From Salpingoeca rosetta (Eukaryota > Protista > Choanoflagellata), in the NCBI GenBank assembly GCA_033442325.1, contig JAWQFM010000022.1, forward strand, positions 650,746 to 714,745: a stretch of DNA of 64,000 nt, in the 5' to 3' direction. The translations under genes were made by a program, and so were the position numbers. Under the pieces are notes generated by a model. The model had not been told where the DNA came from and searched no databases. It saw only the letters and a program-made list of their open reading frames with translations. Position 1 is the stretch's first letter; each line of letters starts with the position of its first letter. This document shows positions 10,355-31,000 of the stretch, piece by piece.

Positions 10355-12997
10355 TCAGTCCCACGTGTTGACAGCGTGCTGCAGCTGCTGGCTGAAGTTG
10401 CCGACAAGTGTGGCGTACGATGCGTTGTTTGCCAGATTGACTGAGAAGCCGTCAAAGTCAAAGTCCCGGCCCGTGTCTGCTGTCAGGTCATACAGCTCGT
10501 ATGCTGCCGTTCTGTTCCAGTCCACGCGCATGGTGGTGTTGTCGAAGGGCACCCACGCTGTGAACCGGTAGTCCCCTGTCCGCATCGTGTAGCCCATGAA
10601 GTCAAAGGCGGGCAGCGGCACGTGCGCACACGCGTTGGCATCGCACTGCGTCACGTTGTACTTTGGAAACAGTGCACACGCGCACCGGCCAATCTGGGAG
10701 TAGGCCAGCTTCGTCTGTAGCTTATGCGGCGGCGCGTCGGGGTCATCAAACGCCCCTGCAAGCGACGTGCCTTGTACCCCATCCTCCACATGGTCTCCGA
10801 GACCTGCCAGGTCAGCGAGGGTGCGGTACAGGTCAACAAGCTCCGCCCGCACCTTTGTGCGCTTGCCAATGCTGTTCTGCTTCCACGGCACACGCACCAT
10901 AAACGGCACGTGCACGGCCAGCTCTGTATCCGTCTTCTTTGACCACTCGTTCAGCTCGCCAAGCTGGTACCCTGCGGCGGAGCTTCCACGGCACACGCAC
11001 CATAAACGGCACGTGCACGGCCAGCTCTGTATCCGTCTTCTTTGACCACTCGTTCAGCTCGCCCAGCTGGTACCCTGCCGTGGTGGTGGTGGTGGTGGTG
11101 GTGGTGGTGGAGGTGGTGAGTGGGTGCGCGCGCGTGTGTGTGCATGCTCGTGTGTTTGTGTGTTTGAATGTGTGTGCGCGCGCGTGTGTGTGCATATGTG
11201 CATGCTCATGTGTTTGAATGTGCGCATGTGTGTCAGTGTGTATCTTGTCCACCGTGGTCGCTGTGGAAGACGATGATGGTGTTGTTCTCGACACCAAGCT
11301 CCTCCAGCTTGCGGATGGCGCGGCCCAGGCTGTGGTCCGTCCACGTGACTGCAGCGTAGTACCACCTGCCGTGGCGTGTGGTGGCGTGATGATGTGAAGC
11401 ATAAGCACCGCGGCGGGGATGAGTGAATGCGCATGCGATTGTGTGAGTGAATGTTTGGTGTGTTGGGTGTACGCGCGCGCGTGTGTATGTGAGTGAATGC
11501 GTATGCGAGTGCGGGTAGCCTGCGCATGTGAAGCTATGTATGTGTGTGTATGTGTGTGTGTGTGTGTGATTGCAACCTGTTCATCTCACTTTCGGTATTC
11601 GACTGAGCGCTCGTCTGGAACAACGCAAGAAGGACAGCCATGCGCAGGATCGTTGATGTCGCCGTCTGTGCACGAGAACACGAGAGAGTCAAGCCAAGTT
11701 CGCGAGTGAAGGTGTGAGCTCTCACAACACATGATTGTGTTTGTGCTTGTGGACATCACAACAAGAGCAAGAGCAAGAGCAGGAGCAAGAGCAAAATCAA
11801 TAAGAAGAGCAAGAGCAAGAACAAGAACAGCAGTAGCAGCAGCAACAGCCCTACCTGCCCAGTTTCCAGCCATATAAGGCACATTTTGCGGAGGGTACCG
11901 GTGCTTGGGCGGCGCAACGTCAAACGGATAGAGCTCAGAGCCGTAGAAGCCAGCGGGGACGCGGTACGGCGTGTGTGGACGATGAACACCAATGGACACC
12001 CACCAGGGCTTGCCAGACTGATGAGCGAGCTCCATGCGCTTGAGGCCTTCCGTCAACGCCAGGTCCTCGTCTGTGTACTGGATCAAGCTGTCCTTGGTCA
12101 CGCCGCAGTAGTTGAAGTGGGGGTCGTGGATGTCACCCGGCTGGCACTCAATCCACTTTGTCTGATTCGAAGGATATGACCACGACGGTGGGTCGTCCAT
12201 GCCGTCATGATAGACCTTGCCTGCTGCCGACGTGAAGTACCCTTGCTTCTTGAAGAACTGTGGCATTGCCGTCCAATTCTTGCCTAGCGTCAGACGAGGG
12301 AGGAAAGTAGAGAGGGAGAGGGAGAAAAAGTGTGTGTGTGTGTGAGAGAGAGAAAACGTGTGTGAGAGTGAGAGAAAGTGAGGAGGGGGAGGAGGGACAA
12401 GGACGAGCAAGTAAGCAAGGGGCCGGTGAGTGGGAGATGGCATGTGAGGAAACCACAGTTAGAAAAGAGGATAATCAGAAGAAAGAGGCTCTTGGCATAG
12501 ATGCAAAGCGCTGCGATGCTGAGGAAACAATTACGCACAAACTGACATACAAACAGATACACGAACAGACACACAAACAGACACACACACACAAACAGAC
12601 AACACAACGACACAACACACCGCACAATACCACAGCAGAACACAACACTTGTACATCATAGGCATGCATGCTGACCTCCTGGGGCTTCGCGAAAGGTGGT
12701 GAGAAAGTTCAGGGCACGGGTGCGGTCTGGCCGGCGTCCAGACATGAAGGAGTTGCGCGACGGTGCACAGTAGGCGAACTGGGTGTACGCAAAGTCGAAC
12801 AGGAGGGACCGTTGTGCCAGTGCGTCGATGTTTGGCGTGATCATGTACTCGTGCCCGTAGGCGCCCAGCTGCGGTCGCATGTCATCTGCCACAAGGTGCA
12901 GAATGTTTGGCAACCGGTCTGCCGGTGTTCCGTGACACACCTCAGCAGCATCAACCACCGCCACCAGAATCAGCGCCAACACAGGCAGCAAAGCCAT
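10355..12997 (-). CDS. Secreted or lysosomal sulfatase, iduronate-2-sulfatase-like; multi-exon
   Basis: Signal peptide MALLPVLALILVAVVDA; PNILHLVADDMR; formylglycine motif CAPSRNSFMSGR; GKVYH; HRPHTPY; FHSDHGYQLGE; ELVDLYRTL; MGYTMRT. Confidence 0.9.
10879..11078. repeat. Tandem ~97-bp duplication (period 103) of a sulfatase exon start, including its splice acceptor
   Basis: 10879-10975 and 10982-11078 are identical except for one synonymous base (CTT/CTG on the - strand); 6-bp spacer ggcgga. Confidence 0.9.
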
Positions 12998-13319
12998 CGT
13001 CGAGCTGCTGGCTGGTGTGCTTGTTCTGTTTTGCTTGACCACCGTTGGTCAGTTGCCGTGAGTCGTGCTTGCGAGCGATGTGCCCGAGAGCTGTGTACGT
13101 GACAGCAGTGTGCGTGGTAGGTGTGTGTACGTGTGATGACACTTGACACTGGAGCACAACCACAACCACAGCCAGCGCTGTGTTGTTCGCAACCTCCGCC
13201 AATGTGCCGATAATTGATCCATATCTTACACTAATCGCCCAAACTTGCCATTGAAGTTGGAAACGGTGGCAGCTGTTGTTGTTCTTGTTGTGCTTGTTGT
13301 TGTTCCGTGGTGGTGAGCG

Positions 13320-14956
13320 ATGATGGACACTGACGCTGACATTCTCGACCCGTCCAAGACAGTCTGGGAAACAATACAAGAATGGATACCTCCTTCAGAG
13401 CGAGACGAGGTAAGAGTAACAGAGCGGTTTGTGACACCCGTGCGTGTACAGTCAGTCGCACGTCAGCTGTTGTGTGTGTGTTGTTGTGCGAGTTGTGGCG
13501 TGCGTTGTTTTGGTTTGGGTTGCCAAGGCTGTATGTTGGAAGCACAACATGCCATGCTGCGACGCTCACTCGAACACGCGAGCGCGTACGCTCATGTACA
13601 CGCCTTGGACATGAAGATTCGTCGCCAAATTGGAGAAGCGCTGCTGTCTGAGTTGGAGGACTTGCACCAAGAGCTCTGTTTATTAACTGACATTTGGAGG
13701 GATTATCGAGCCACCATATCCACTGAAGAACAGTCCATTGGTGCGTCGCCTGAAGCGGTTGTGCACTGGATGTTGCTTGCTGTGACAACGGTGCTGAGTG
13801 TATGTGAGTGTATGTGAGTGTATGTGAGTGTATGTGAGTGTATGTGAGTGTGAGTGTATGTGAGTGTGTGAGTGAAGGTGAGTGAGCGTGTGAGTGTGCG
13901 TGAACGCGTGAGCGTGTGAGTGAGTGCGTGTGTGTGAGTGAGTGTGTGTGCGTGTGAGTGTGTGAGTAAGTGAGCGTGTGAGTGAGTGAGTGTGTGAGTG
14001 TGTGAGTAAGTGAGCGTGTGAGTGAGTGAGTGTGTGAGTGTGTGAGTGTGTGAGTGTGTGAGTGTGTGTGTGTGTGAGTGAGTGAGTGTGTGAGTGAGTG
14101 TGTGTTGTTCGTGAATATGTTTGTCCACTGCCAGTGTCCTTAAATTCACGAGCCAATGCGTGCGGGATGCCATGTAGAACAAGAGAAGACGCGAAGCAAA
14201 CAGCAGCAGCTTCCCGAACCCCCAAATGCGCGCGCCAGACTGGAACAGGAGATTCGCTTCTTTGCCGAATGCCTCCGAAACAGGTGCGTGTGTGTGTTGT
14301 GCGTGTTGTGCGTGTTGTGTGTGTTGTGCGTGTTGTGCGTGTTGTGCGTGTGTGTGTGTGTGTGCGTACGTAGCGTTTGCTGCTCCCTTGCTGACGCGCT
14401 GTCATGGATTGCTGCTGCACAGCAATTCGGCCAGCCTACAGGACAACGTAGTGCAACAAGTCTGCCGCCAATCCTCAGCTTCAAGTGCGTGCATGCGTGT
14501 GGGCGCGCGTGTGTGCGCATGCCTGTGCGANNNNNNNNNNNNNNNNNNNNNNNNNNNNNNNNNNNNNNNNNNNNNNNNNNNNNNNNNNNNNNNNNNNNNN
14601 NNNNNNNNNNNNNNNNNNNNNNNNNNNNNNNNNNNNNNNNNNNNNNNNNNNNNNNNNNNNNNNNNNNNNNNNNNNNNNNNNNNNNNNNNNNNNNNNNNNN
14701 NNNNNNNNNNNNNNNNNNNNNNNNNNNNNNNNNNNNNNNNNNNNNNNNNNNNNNNNNNNNNNNNNNNNNNNNNNNNNNNNNNNNNNNNNNNNNNNNNNNN
14801 NNNNNNNNNNNNNNNNNNNNNNNNNNNNNNNNNNNNNNNNNNNNNNNNNNNNNNNNNNNNNNNNNNNNNNNNNNNNNNNNNNNNNNNNNNNNNNNNNNNN
14901 NNNNNNNNNNNNNNNNNNNNNNNNNNNNNNNNNNNGTGTGTGTGTGTGTGTGTGTG

Positions 14957-15008
<52 letters not shown>

Positions 15009-15519
15009 TTCCTGTCCACATCGTCTTTCTCTTCTACTTGTGCTGACATGTTCTTCCATGGCAACAAACACCTGTCTGCGCCCATTGCCGCCGCTTGTCC
15101 TGGGATCACAGGGTGACAGCGTGACCATCTCCACCATTACCGAGCAGGCCGACAACCTTCGACAGGTGCGCCCGTCTTGGTAACCGCATTTGTCATGCGA
15201 ATGTGTTCTTGTTGTGCTTTCAACTGTGCCTGTGCCTCCTCCTTTGTTCACGCACACACACTCACACACACACACACACACTCACACACAACCAATTAAC
15301 GAATGCGTTGCACGTGCCAGATGGTGGCTGAGGAGATTGAGAACATGAAGTTGGATGTTGAGTTTCTGCGTCAGTGCATTGACGGCGAGCACGAGTACAG
15401 GTGAGGCGATGCCATCAGCTGCTCCTACTCGTTGAGTCTTGTGCCCGGGGTGTGTTTTGCCGTGCTTTTGTTGTTGGCGGTGTCATGCACATTCTCAAAC
15501 GTTCACACGTTCACACGTT

Positions 15520-15568
<49 letters not shown>

Positions 15569-15593
15569 ACGTCCACACACACACACACCACGT

Positions 15594-15634
<41 letters not shown>

Positions 15635-16825
15635 CACACGTTCACACACACAATATACATGCACGTACGGCAGGTCACAGCTGCTCAGCCGCCGCCAGCA
15701 GGAGAGCGAAACGGTGACGCTGAGTGAACTTCGCGATGCACGTGCTGCCCTCGAGCGCGAATATCTGCAGCAGGCGGCAAGCCGGACCGCAAATCCTGCG
15801 GACACACACACGATGGCTAGCAAACCGCCCCCGCTCAAAGCCAAGCGAGATCTGCCTGTGAGTCACAGCAAAAATTGCAGCATGCGTGTGTTTCTTTTGG
15901 TGTGCGTACGTGTACGTGTGCGACCGTGTGTTTCAGCGTGTTAGCGCGTAATCGCACTCATTTTCTTTGTTCAAGTTGTTCTGATTTCTTGCTTGTTCTT
16001 CCTTCCTTCCTCCTCCTCACCACCCAATTCACCACCACCACCACCATGACCACCACCACCATGACCACCATGACCAACACCATGACCACCATGACCACCA
16101 CCACCATGACCACCACCACCGTGCCCAGGCTGTGCGCCGTCCGCCCACGACTGCTGGGCAGCGGCGGCTACCGCGACCAACAACCGCATCCTTACACACG
16201 GCGGCACACGCGCAGCGCACAATACCGCCCCTCCCCTTCCCACACCACCACGGATCGCAACACCACCAACAACAACAACTGCAACAACAACATCAGCAGC
16301 AACAACAACAACTACGGTTGCAAAGAGGTGACCCCACCAGCACCAGCACCAGCACCAGCACCATTAGCAGTGCCAGTGCGCGCGCGAATGGTGCTCGCCG
16401 CGCACCTCAACCGCCACCACCGCCAGTCGATGCGAAGCGGAACGCAAGCGGCGTTGCCTCATCTCCTGAACGCCAAAGACCAAGGCTCGGTGCGTGCTTG
16501 GCTTGGGTTTGTCATGCGTTGCTTTGATGTTTGCTTGGTTTGGTACGTTTAGCTTCATTTGCAATGTGTCGCTTCGCTTGGGGGTTGTGTGCGTGCCAGA
16601 ACTGTGTGTCGCATTTCCTCATCGTTACGCCATCATCGTTACGCCACCCATCACCACCCATCAGCATCTGCGAGCGCATCTGCCCGCGCCCGCCGTCTGC
16701 TCAAGTCAGACTCCGCCAACCGTCAGCTCCCAATGCCACCACAACCCCCATCATCATCGTCATCATCATCACAGCACCATAGGAGACGGCAGCCATGCCC
16801 ACCTCCCGCCGCACACACCAAGTGA
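13320..16825 (+). CDS. CCDC24-family coiled-coil protein; multi-exon, spans an N gap
   Basis: [17 protein letters not shown] / [20 protein letters not shown] / [18 protein letters not shown] resembles the CCDC24 N-terminus (SLWELVEEHVP...EVKRILGE...). Low-complexity C-terminus. Confidence 0.6.
13793..14105. repeat. GTGA/GTATGTGAGT-type intronic microsatellite
   Basis: Direct reading. Confidence 0.9.
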
Positions 16826-17111
16826 CGGATTGCTTTGTGTGTTTTGTATCAACAACGACAACAACGTCGAATTGCTTGCAGGCATGCAAGCAGGGTCTAC
16901 TGTTGTTGTGCCTTGGCGTGAATCTTCACCATCGCACCATCACACCCATTAGCATGCCGCAGAGTACCTGTGCTTGCTGAGCTGTTGTACATATGATGTG
17001 CTCGACTTTGGTCGGTATTCTACCTTGTATTGTATGTATTTGGGCACCTCGGCCAACCAACAATAATGCGCAGCAGACATGTCCCTTCGCCTCACAGTTT
17101 GCCTCTCGTGC

Positions 17112-23753
<6,642 letters not shown>

Positions 23754-23944
23754 CGTGTGCTGCTGACGCTGGTTGTGGTGGGCGGTGTTGTTGTGTGGAT
23801 GATGACGAAAGCCGCACTCGCTTTGGCGTAAAGTTGTGCACTTGCATGCGTTGCAAATTGTAGGGTTGGTTCTGGTGCAATTTGCAAAATACTGTCCTTC
23901 TTTTGTGTGTGTTTTGGCGCTGAAGAAGCACGACACACACACAC

Positions 23945-24048
<104 letters not shown>

Positions 24049-24080
24049 CATACACACACACACCCACACACAACATCGGC

Positions 24081-26388
24081 ATGGGGGTTGTGACGACGCT
24101 GGTGGACCAGGTGGTGCAGACACAGCCGTTGGTCATAGCTGTGTTGGTGCTGCTTGGCTTCCTGCTGCGAGAAGTGGTGGCGCGCTTCCTTGGCACAGCA
24201 GGTAAGTACGCCGTGCATGTGAACGTGGCATGCAACTGTCTTTGCTTCGTGCTTCTTGCCATGTCTTGTTGCACCGGTCGTTGCGCACGCTCACACATGC
24301 AACGCGTATGATGATGACGATGATGATGATGATGATGATGACATGATGGTGATGGTGATGATGATGCTGCTGCTGCGTATGATGATGATGCGATTGCACT
24401 GTGAAGCTGCAGCACCCGCCAAGAAGAAGCAGAGTGCCAAAACTGACACGTTTGAGTCGTGTGCCCCGGATGAGGACAATGACCCCGAGCACGCTCCCGG
24501 TCAGTTTGCATGTGCGCGCTCGCGCGTGTGTGTATCAGGGCTTTTGTTTATGTTTCATCCAAGTCTTCTTGCTGACTCACTGAAGATGACAATGGCTTCA
24601 TCTGGGAACAGGTCCCAGCAAGGAGGAAGAGGAGGCCGAGATGGTGCCGTTGTCGTTCACGCGTTACTCTCCCAGTGAAATGCAACAGAGGTGATCGGGA
24701 CAACCTGCTGACGGGAAATGGTGGTGGTGGTGGTGGTCGTGGAGGGAAGAAGTTGTCAATGGGACTGTTTCCAGTCTGCAGCACGAAGAGCGGCGTCACA
24801 TAATTGTTGTTGGTGTTGCGTGAGTGTATGTGTGTATGTGTGTGTGTATGTGTGTGTGTGTGTGTCTCTCTCTCTCTTTCCGTGTCCCTCCCCATCTCTC
24901 TCCCTCTCTGCAGCGCGTCTGCCTCACATCCACCTTGTCTCCATAACTCACCAGGGCTGCCGAGTTTTATGAGTTGATGAACAAGCGGCGCACTGTCCGC
25001 CACTTTTCCAGCGACCCAATCCCAGAGGGCGTGCTGGAAAGCATCATCCACGTAAGCGTCGTTGTCCTGCTTGCGCTGGTTTTGTTGTCTCCTGAGCAGC
25101 CTGATGGACATCTGTGTGTTGAGTGATAAGTGACACGAACATGATGAGGCTTGATGTAGGTCCAACCGTTTCCTTTTTCACAAATGAGCACACATTGACA
25201 CGTGCGTGCGTGCATATGCATGTGCATGTGTGTGTGGTGTGCGTGTGCGTGTGTGCATATGTATACACGTGTGCATACATGTGTGTGTTTGTGTGTTTGT
25301 GTGTGTGCATACGTGTGTGCGTTTGTACATTGCGTGCATACCTGTGTGTGCAGTGTGCCGGTACGGCGCCGTCTGGTGCGCATACGCAGCCGTGGCAGTT
25401 TGTTGTCGTACGCGATGCAAAGTACAAGCAGCAGCTTCGCGCTCTGATCGAGGTTCGTGTCCAGCACCGCAGCCATGAGGCATTACTGTTTCCTGCGCAC
25501 ACTTCTTGCATCCACCCCATTCACACATCCGAAAGCGGAGTGCAGCATTGCGTATTGCGCGTCACACGACAACGCATACAACGTGCCGGCACCAACCTGC
25601 TCCAATCACGCATGTGTGCTGTGTGTGTGTGTGTGTTCTGCGTGCGTGTGCGTGTGTGGGTTCTGTGGTGTGTGTGTGTGTGTGCGCTGCGGTATGACAT
25701 GTGGTGTGTTCTGCGTGTGTTCTGCGTGTATGTGCGTGTGTATGTGCGTGTGTGTGTGTGTGCAGGAAGAGGAGGAGATCAACTACCGCCGGCGGATGGG
25801 CGATCAGTGGGTCGAGGACCTGTCACCGCTCCAGACAGACTGGCGCAAGCCATACATCGAGACAGGTGCAGTGTTGATGACGATGCTGATGATGCTGGGG
25901 AGGTGGTGGTGGTGGTGATTGTTGGTGGGTGACTTGAATGTGTGTTGTTGCATGGGCGTGGTGGTTTTGTGATGGGGTGTCTGTACTTCGCTTGCTTTCA
26001 CATACACACATACACACATGCACACATGCACACATACACACACACACATACACACACATACACGCATACACATCCACACAATGCATGTATGCATGTGCAG
26101 CGCCTGCGAGCGTGATTGTGCTGCGGTCGCCGTACAGCTTCGACGAAGACGGCAACAAGCGCATCCACTACTACCACGAGCTCAGCACTGGCATTGCGTG
26201 TGGCCTGCTTGGTAATGTAACGTTTGTGAGGGGTCGAAGGTGGTTGAACAGGGGTATGATGTTGGTGGAATCCGTGGTGTGTCGTCGTTGCGCATAGGAC
26301 GAGTGGAGCGTTGATCGGTTACGGCGCTGAGCATCTTGTGTAATCATTCACACCATGACACACACACACACAGACAGACACACAGACA

Positions 26389-26426
<38 letters not shown>

Positions 26427-26435
26427 GACAGACCG

Positions 26436-26486
<51 letters not shown>

Positions 26487-26839
26487 GACACACACACNNN
26501 NNNNNNNNNNNNNNNNNNNNNNNNNNNNNNNNNNNNNNNNNNNNNNNNNNNNNNNNNNNNNNNNNNNNNNNNNNNNNNNNNNNNNNNNNNNNNNNNNNNN
26601 NNNNNNNNNNNNNNNNNNNNNNNNNNNNNNNNNNNNNNNNNNNNNNNNNNNNNNNNNNNNNNNNNNNNNNNNNNNNNNNNNNNNNNNNNNNNNNNNNNNN
26701 NNNNNNNNNNNNNNNNNNNNNNNNNNNNNNNNNNNNNNNNNNNNNNNNNNNNNNNNNNNNNNNNNNNNNNNNNNNNNNNNNNNNNNNNNNNNNNNNNNNN
26801 NNNNNNNNNNNNNNNNNNNNNNNNNCTTCTTCTCTACTA

Positions 26840-26913
<74 letters not shown>

Positions 26914-27032
26914 GCCGGTGCTGTGTTGTGTTTCAGGTTGTGCTGCTGCTCCCGATCGGGTATCCAAGCGAGGAGTGCCACGTGCCGAATCTTCATCGAA
27001 AGGCGCTCAAGGACATCATGACCGTGTTCTGA
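24081..27032 (+). CDS. IYD: Iodotyrosine deiodinase (nitroreductase fold) with N-terminal membrane anchor; one exon hidden in the N gap
   Basis: FYELMNKRRTVRHFS, AGTAPSGAHTQPWQFVVV, EEEEINYRRRMGDQWVEDL, TDWRKPYI, HYYHELSTGIACGLL and LLLPIGYP...VPNLHRKAL are IYD signature blocks. Confidence 0.93.
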
Positions 27033-28006
27033 TGTGGCGGCAGTGGCGCTGACGTGCATACACACGCACACGCACACACACATGGAGAGAGATGAAGAGT
27101 GAGAAGTCGCCCCGGAGTCATTTCCATTCACACACACACACACATACACGCATACACACGCACACACACACACACACATACACACACACGCACGCGCGCG
27201 CACACACACACACTGCCGCAGTTGTTACCAGCGCACTTGTTCGTTACAGTTTGTCTGGTGCCTTGTTTCACTCCAGCAAGTTTGATGTTCATCATGCTAC
27301 ATCTGCCACGCCACACGGCGCTTCAAAGCTTCAAAGCCGCTTGCTTTGTCTCTCCTTCCAACCCGATCCCACCCCCCCCCCCTCACCTTCACACTCCATC
27401 TCTCCTCACAACCCATGTGGTCTTGAACGCAAACGACTGTGTGTGTACTCGCAATCAAACGAACCAAAAGAGCAACTGGGGAAAACTGATGTCACACATC
27501 ATGTCACAGCACTGCATCACATGTCAAATCCACACCTCACTTCGCAACACAACATCGCACAGATGACAGCAAACCATCATATCACACCACCATGGGAATG
27601 AACACACCCCTCTCATGCACGAAAATGAACAAAGTGCCACCACCACCACCACCACCATCTCATCAGCTATCACACAAACTTGTACGTGGTCACGTTGTCT
27701 AAGATACAGCACAAGGGCATACACACACTCCGCTCATCGAAACAAAGGAAGGATGGCTGGAGTGACACTTTGCCACTGCTTAGCAACAGCAAGGAACAGG
27801 GAGATCAAACAGGAACAAGAACGATCAGCACCAACAACATCAACAAAAACAAGAACAAGAACAACAAGAACAACAAGAACAACAAGCAAACAAACAAACA
27901 GCTCAAGTCCACACCAGTGTTCGGCTTCATGCAACCAAACCACTACTGCAGCAGCAATCACGCCCAGTTGCTGCCGTGATCAGTGCTGGCACCACACCCC
28001 CACGCC

Positions 28007-31000
28007 TCAACTTTGCGCCTGCTGCTTCTTATCGCTCTGCTTGCCACCAGCACCGTTGCCTGTGGCTGCAGACCCGGCCAGCTTGCTACCACCTTCATCC
28101 TCCAGTTGCTGTTGTTGGTGTTGCTGTTGTTGCTCTGCTTCCCTTTCTTGGTGCTGTTCGTGGTGCCGTTGCTGTTGCTGGTCGCTGTTGTCGCCACCAC
28201 CACTGTTGGTGTGCTGCTCCCTCTGCTGTGTTGCCCCAGCAAGCATCGCCTCGTCCGTCTGTGTTGGCGGCAAAACAATCTCCTGCTCACCCTGCTGCTG
28301 CTGCTGCTGCTGCTGCTCATGTTGTTCATGTTGTTCATGCTGCTGTTGGGGTTGTTGCCCTTGATGTTGTTGTTCGTGCTGTTCGTGGTGTTCGTGGTGG
28401 CGCTGTGGCACGTCTGTGTCCGACTGCAGCCTCTGCTGGCTCAGCGCCCGGGACTGGGAGAAGTGGACCACAAAGCAGCGCGCACACAGGAACGACGTCG
28501 GGTCACACGAGCAGTACGTGCGGATCTTCCGCGTGCAGCCAATCCCCGTGCACTTGTGCTGGTTGTACTTGGTGGCCACCTTTGTCCACTGGCCCAGCAC
28601 AAACTTGCCCGAGTATGTCGGCGCGGTGAGCAAGCGGTGGTCGCCACCAACCAGCATGGATGCGGGCGGTGGCGCCTTGACAGCACCTGTGGCCGCTCGC
28701 TTCCTGGCAGGGCCCCCGTTGCTGTCCAGTCCACCAACATCACCACCACCGGGCGCCGTTGGCGACGTGTCCACGGCACCCGTGCCTGCAGGCATCGAGG
28801 AAGCAGCAACGTTACCACCAATGCCGCTCGCAGCAGTGGCAGCAGCAGTGGCAGCCGCGGTGCGCTTACCACGTCGACCAGCGGCATGGAATGCGCTGCC
28901 ACTGCCACCGACGGCTGGGAGGTCTTCGTGGAGGAGGTGGTTGTGCACAAGTTGGCGGATCAATTCTCCGCGGAAATGCGTGCGGGAGAGAGGACCAAGC
29001 TCCCTGGAGCCGCGTTTGAAATGGTTGAACGCAAGGAACGTGTTCACCTCCACAACGCCCAGCATGAAGGCAAACTGGCCCAGGTCCCACGACTTGAAAG
29101 GCAGCGCTGTCTCTAGCGGCATCACGTGCGCGCGCAGTGCGCTGTTGCGGTCCACAATGAACCGCGCAGCCTGGATGGTGTCAAAGGCTTCGGGAAACTT
29201 AAGGGTCACAGTGCTCCCTGCGGTGGAGGCATCGCCCACGGCGCCAGTCGTTGTAGCTGCAGACCCGGACGGCGTCGCTCCTGTTGCTGACGATGGCGGT
29301 GCGGCTGCTGACGATGAGGATGTTGGCGGTGGTGTTGTTGATGATGAACTCGCTGTTGTTCCTCCCGGTGTTCCCAGCAACGGCTGCTGCTGCTGCTGCT
29401 GCTGCTGCTGCGTCGGGGTGGAAGTGGGCGGTGCGGTGCGCGTGTGGTAGGTGCCAGTGCGAGCGAGCGAGATCCATGTGGACAGGGCAATGCTCACGTG
29501 CGTTGGCTCGTTGAAGCCCGCCACCATCAGCGGAATGCTCATGCCCATCTTCTCGCCACCACGCGCTGCTATCACTGTTGCTGCTGATGATGATGCTGCT
29601 GCTGCTGACGACGAGGTCGCACCAGCATCACTCGTGGCGCTGGCGTGTGTGCGGGCGGCGGTGCCGTGGACAGCAACAGCTGCGCCCGTGGGCTGGCTGG
29701 AGAGCACACGCGTTAGGGCATCGGCAGCAGCGGCAAGGTGCTGCGGCCACGACCCGCCCCGTTTCGTCACCGCACACGTCCCGTGCACACCCACCTCTGC
29801 CAGGGCTGCAATCGCCTGCACCGTCGCCATGTCGCTGCCGACGACCACCATCTTGTTGGTGCGCCAGATGCTGCGTGTCAGCCGCAGCAGCAGCCCGGCC
29901 ACCTTCCCGGCGTCGCTGAATGCCGGCGGCGGCGTTGTTGGTGGTCGTGGGATGGCCTCCTCAAGCTCAAGCGCATACACGATGCGGGTGAGCGTGCAGC
30001 CCAGCGCGTGGTACGTGTTGCCAAAGCGGTGCGGGCTGCGGTACCCGGGCGCAGAGCACGGCCACGTGGCGTGGGTCGGGTACACCCACAGCGAGCGTGC
30101 CGTGTCCACGTCGCTGATGGACGAGGGCGCAAAGTGCGCCGCCATGTTGGCGTTGAATGCCATCATCATGTTGCGCACGCCACTCATACGGTCCCGCTGC
30201 AGGTCGCTGTCGCTGGCGAGCGTCAGGCTGTCCATGATCTGACGGAAGCGGGCCTCGGTCATGAGGTGCGCGAGCGACGGCACGGCCAAGAAGCCGCCGG
30301 CATCCCCGTCTCGGGCGTTGCTGGCGCGGGCGGGCGCCCAGAACTCGTGGAGGTCGCGGCCGGGGTGGGATGCAATGGTCAGCCACAGGCCCACAAACTG
30401 CAGCAGCTCGCCCATGTGCAGGTTGAGGGACGGGTTGCGCTTGTTGGACAGCGGCAGCAGCACGTCCTGCATCCACTGGGAAGGCAGCATGAGCTCAAAC
30501 AGGCGTGCCATGCTTAGGAACGCGCTGTCGGCCACGCCAACCAGCGCAGGCTGGCGCTCGCCAAGCGCGGGCGCCGGGTTCTTCACAGTTGGGTGGATCT
30601 CCGGCTGCACGTTGTTGTAGTCAAACTGGATGGAAAAGGGGCCCGTCTCATCTGGTGGCAGTGGGCCCTCTGCACGCTCAAGCATGTCATCATGCAGAGG
30701 TGGGCCCACTTCCACGGTCAGGTCTGGCATCGGTTGCGTGGGCACTGCTGACACTTGCACGCCCATGGCAGCAGGGCTGGCGCGTGTTGCGTGTGAGTGT
30801 TGCTGTTGCTGCTGTTGCATACGTTGCTGTTGATGCTGATGCTGCTGCTGCTGTTGCATACGTTGCTGTTGATGCTGCTGCTGTTGCTGCTGCTGCTGTT
30901 GCATACGTTGCTGTTGATGCTGTTGCTGCTGCTGTTGTGCATCCATGGTGGTGGTGGGCACTTGTGATGCAAGGATGCGCATGCCATCGTGTTGTGCGCC

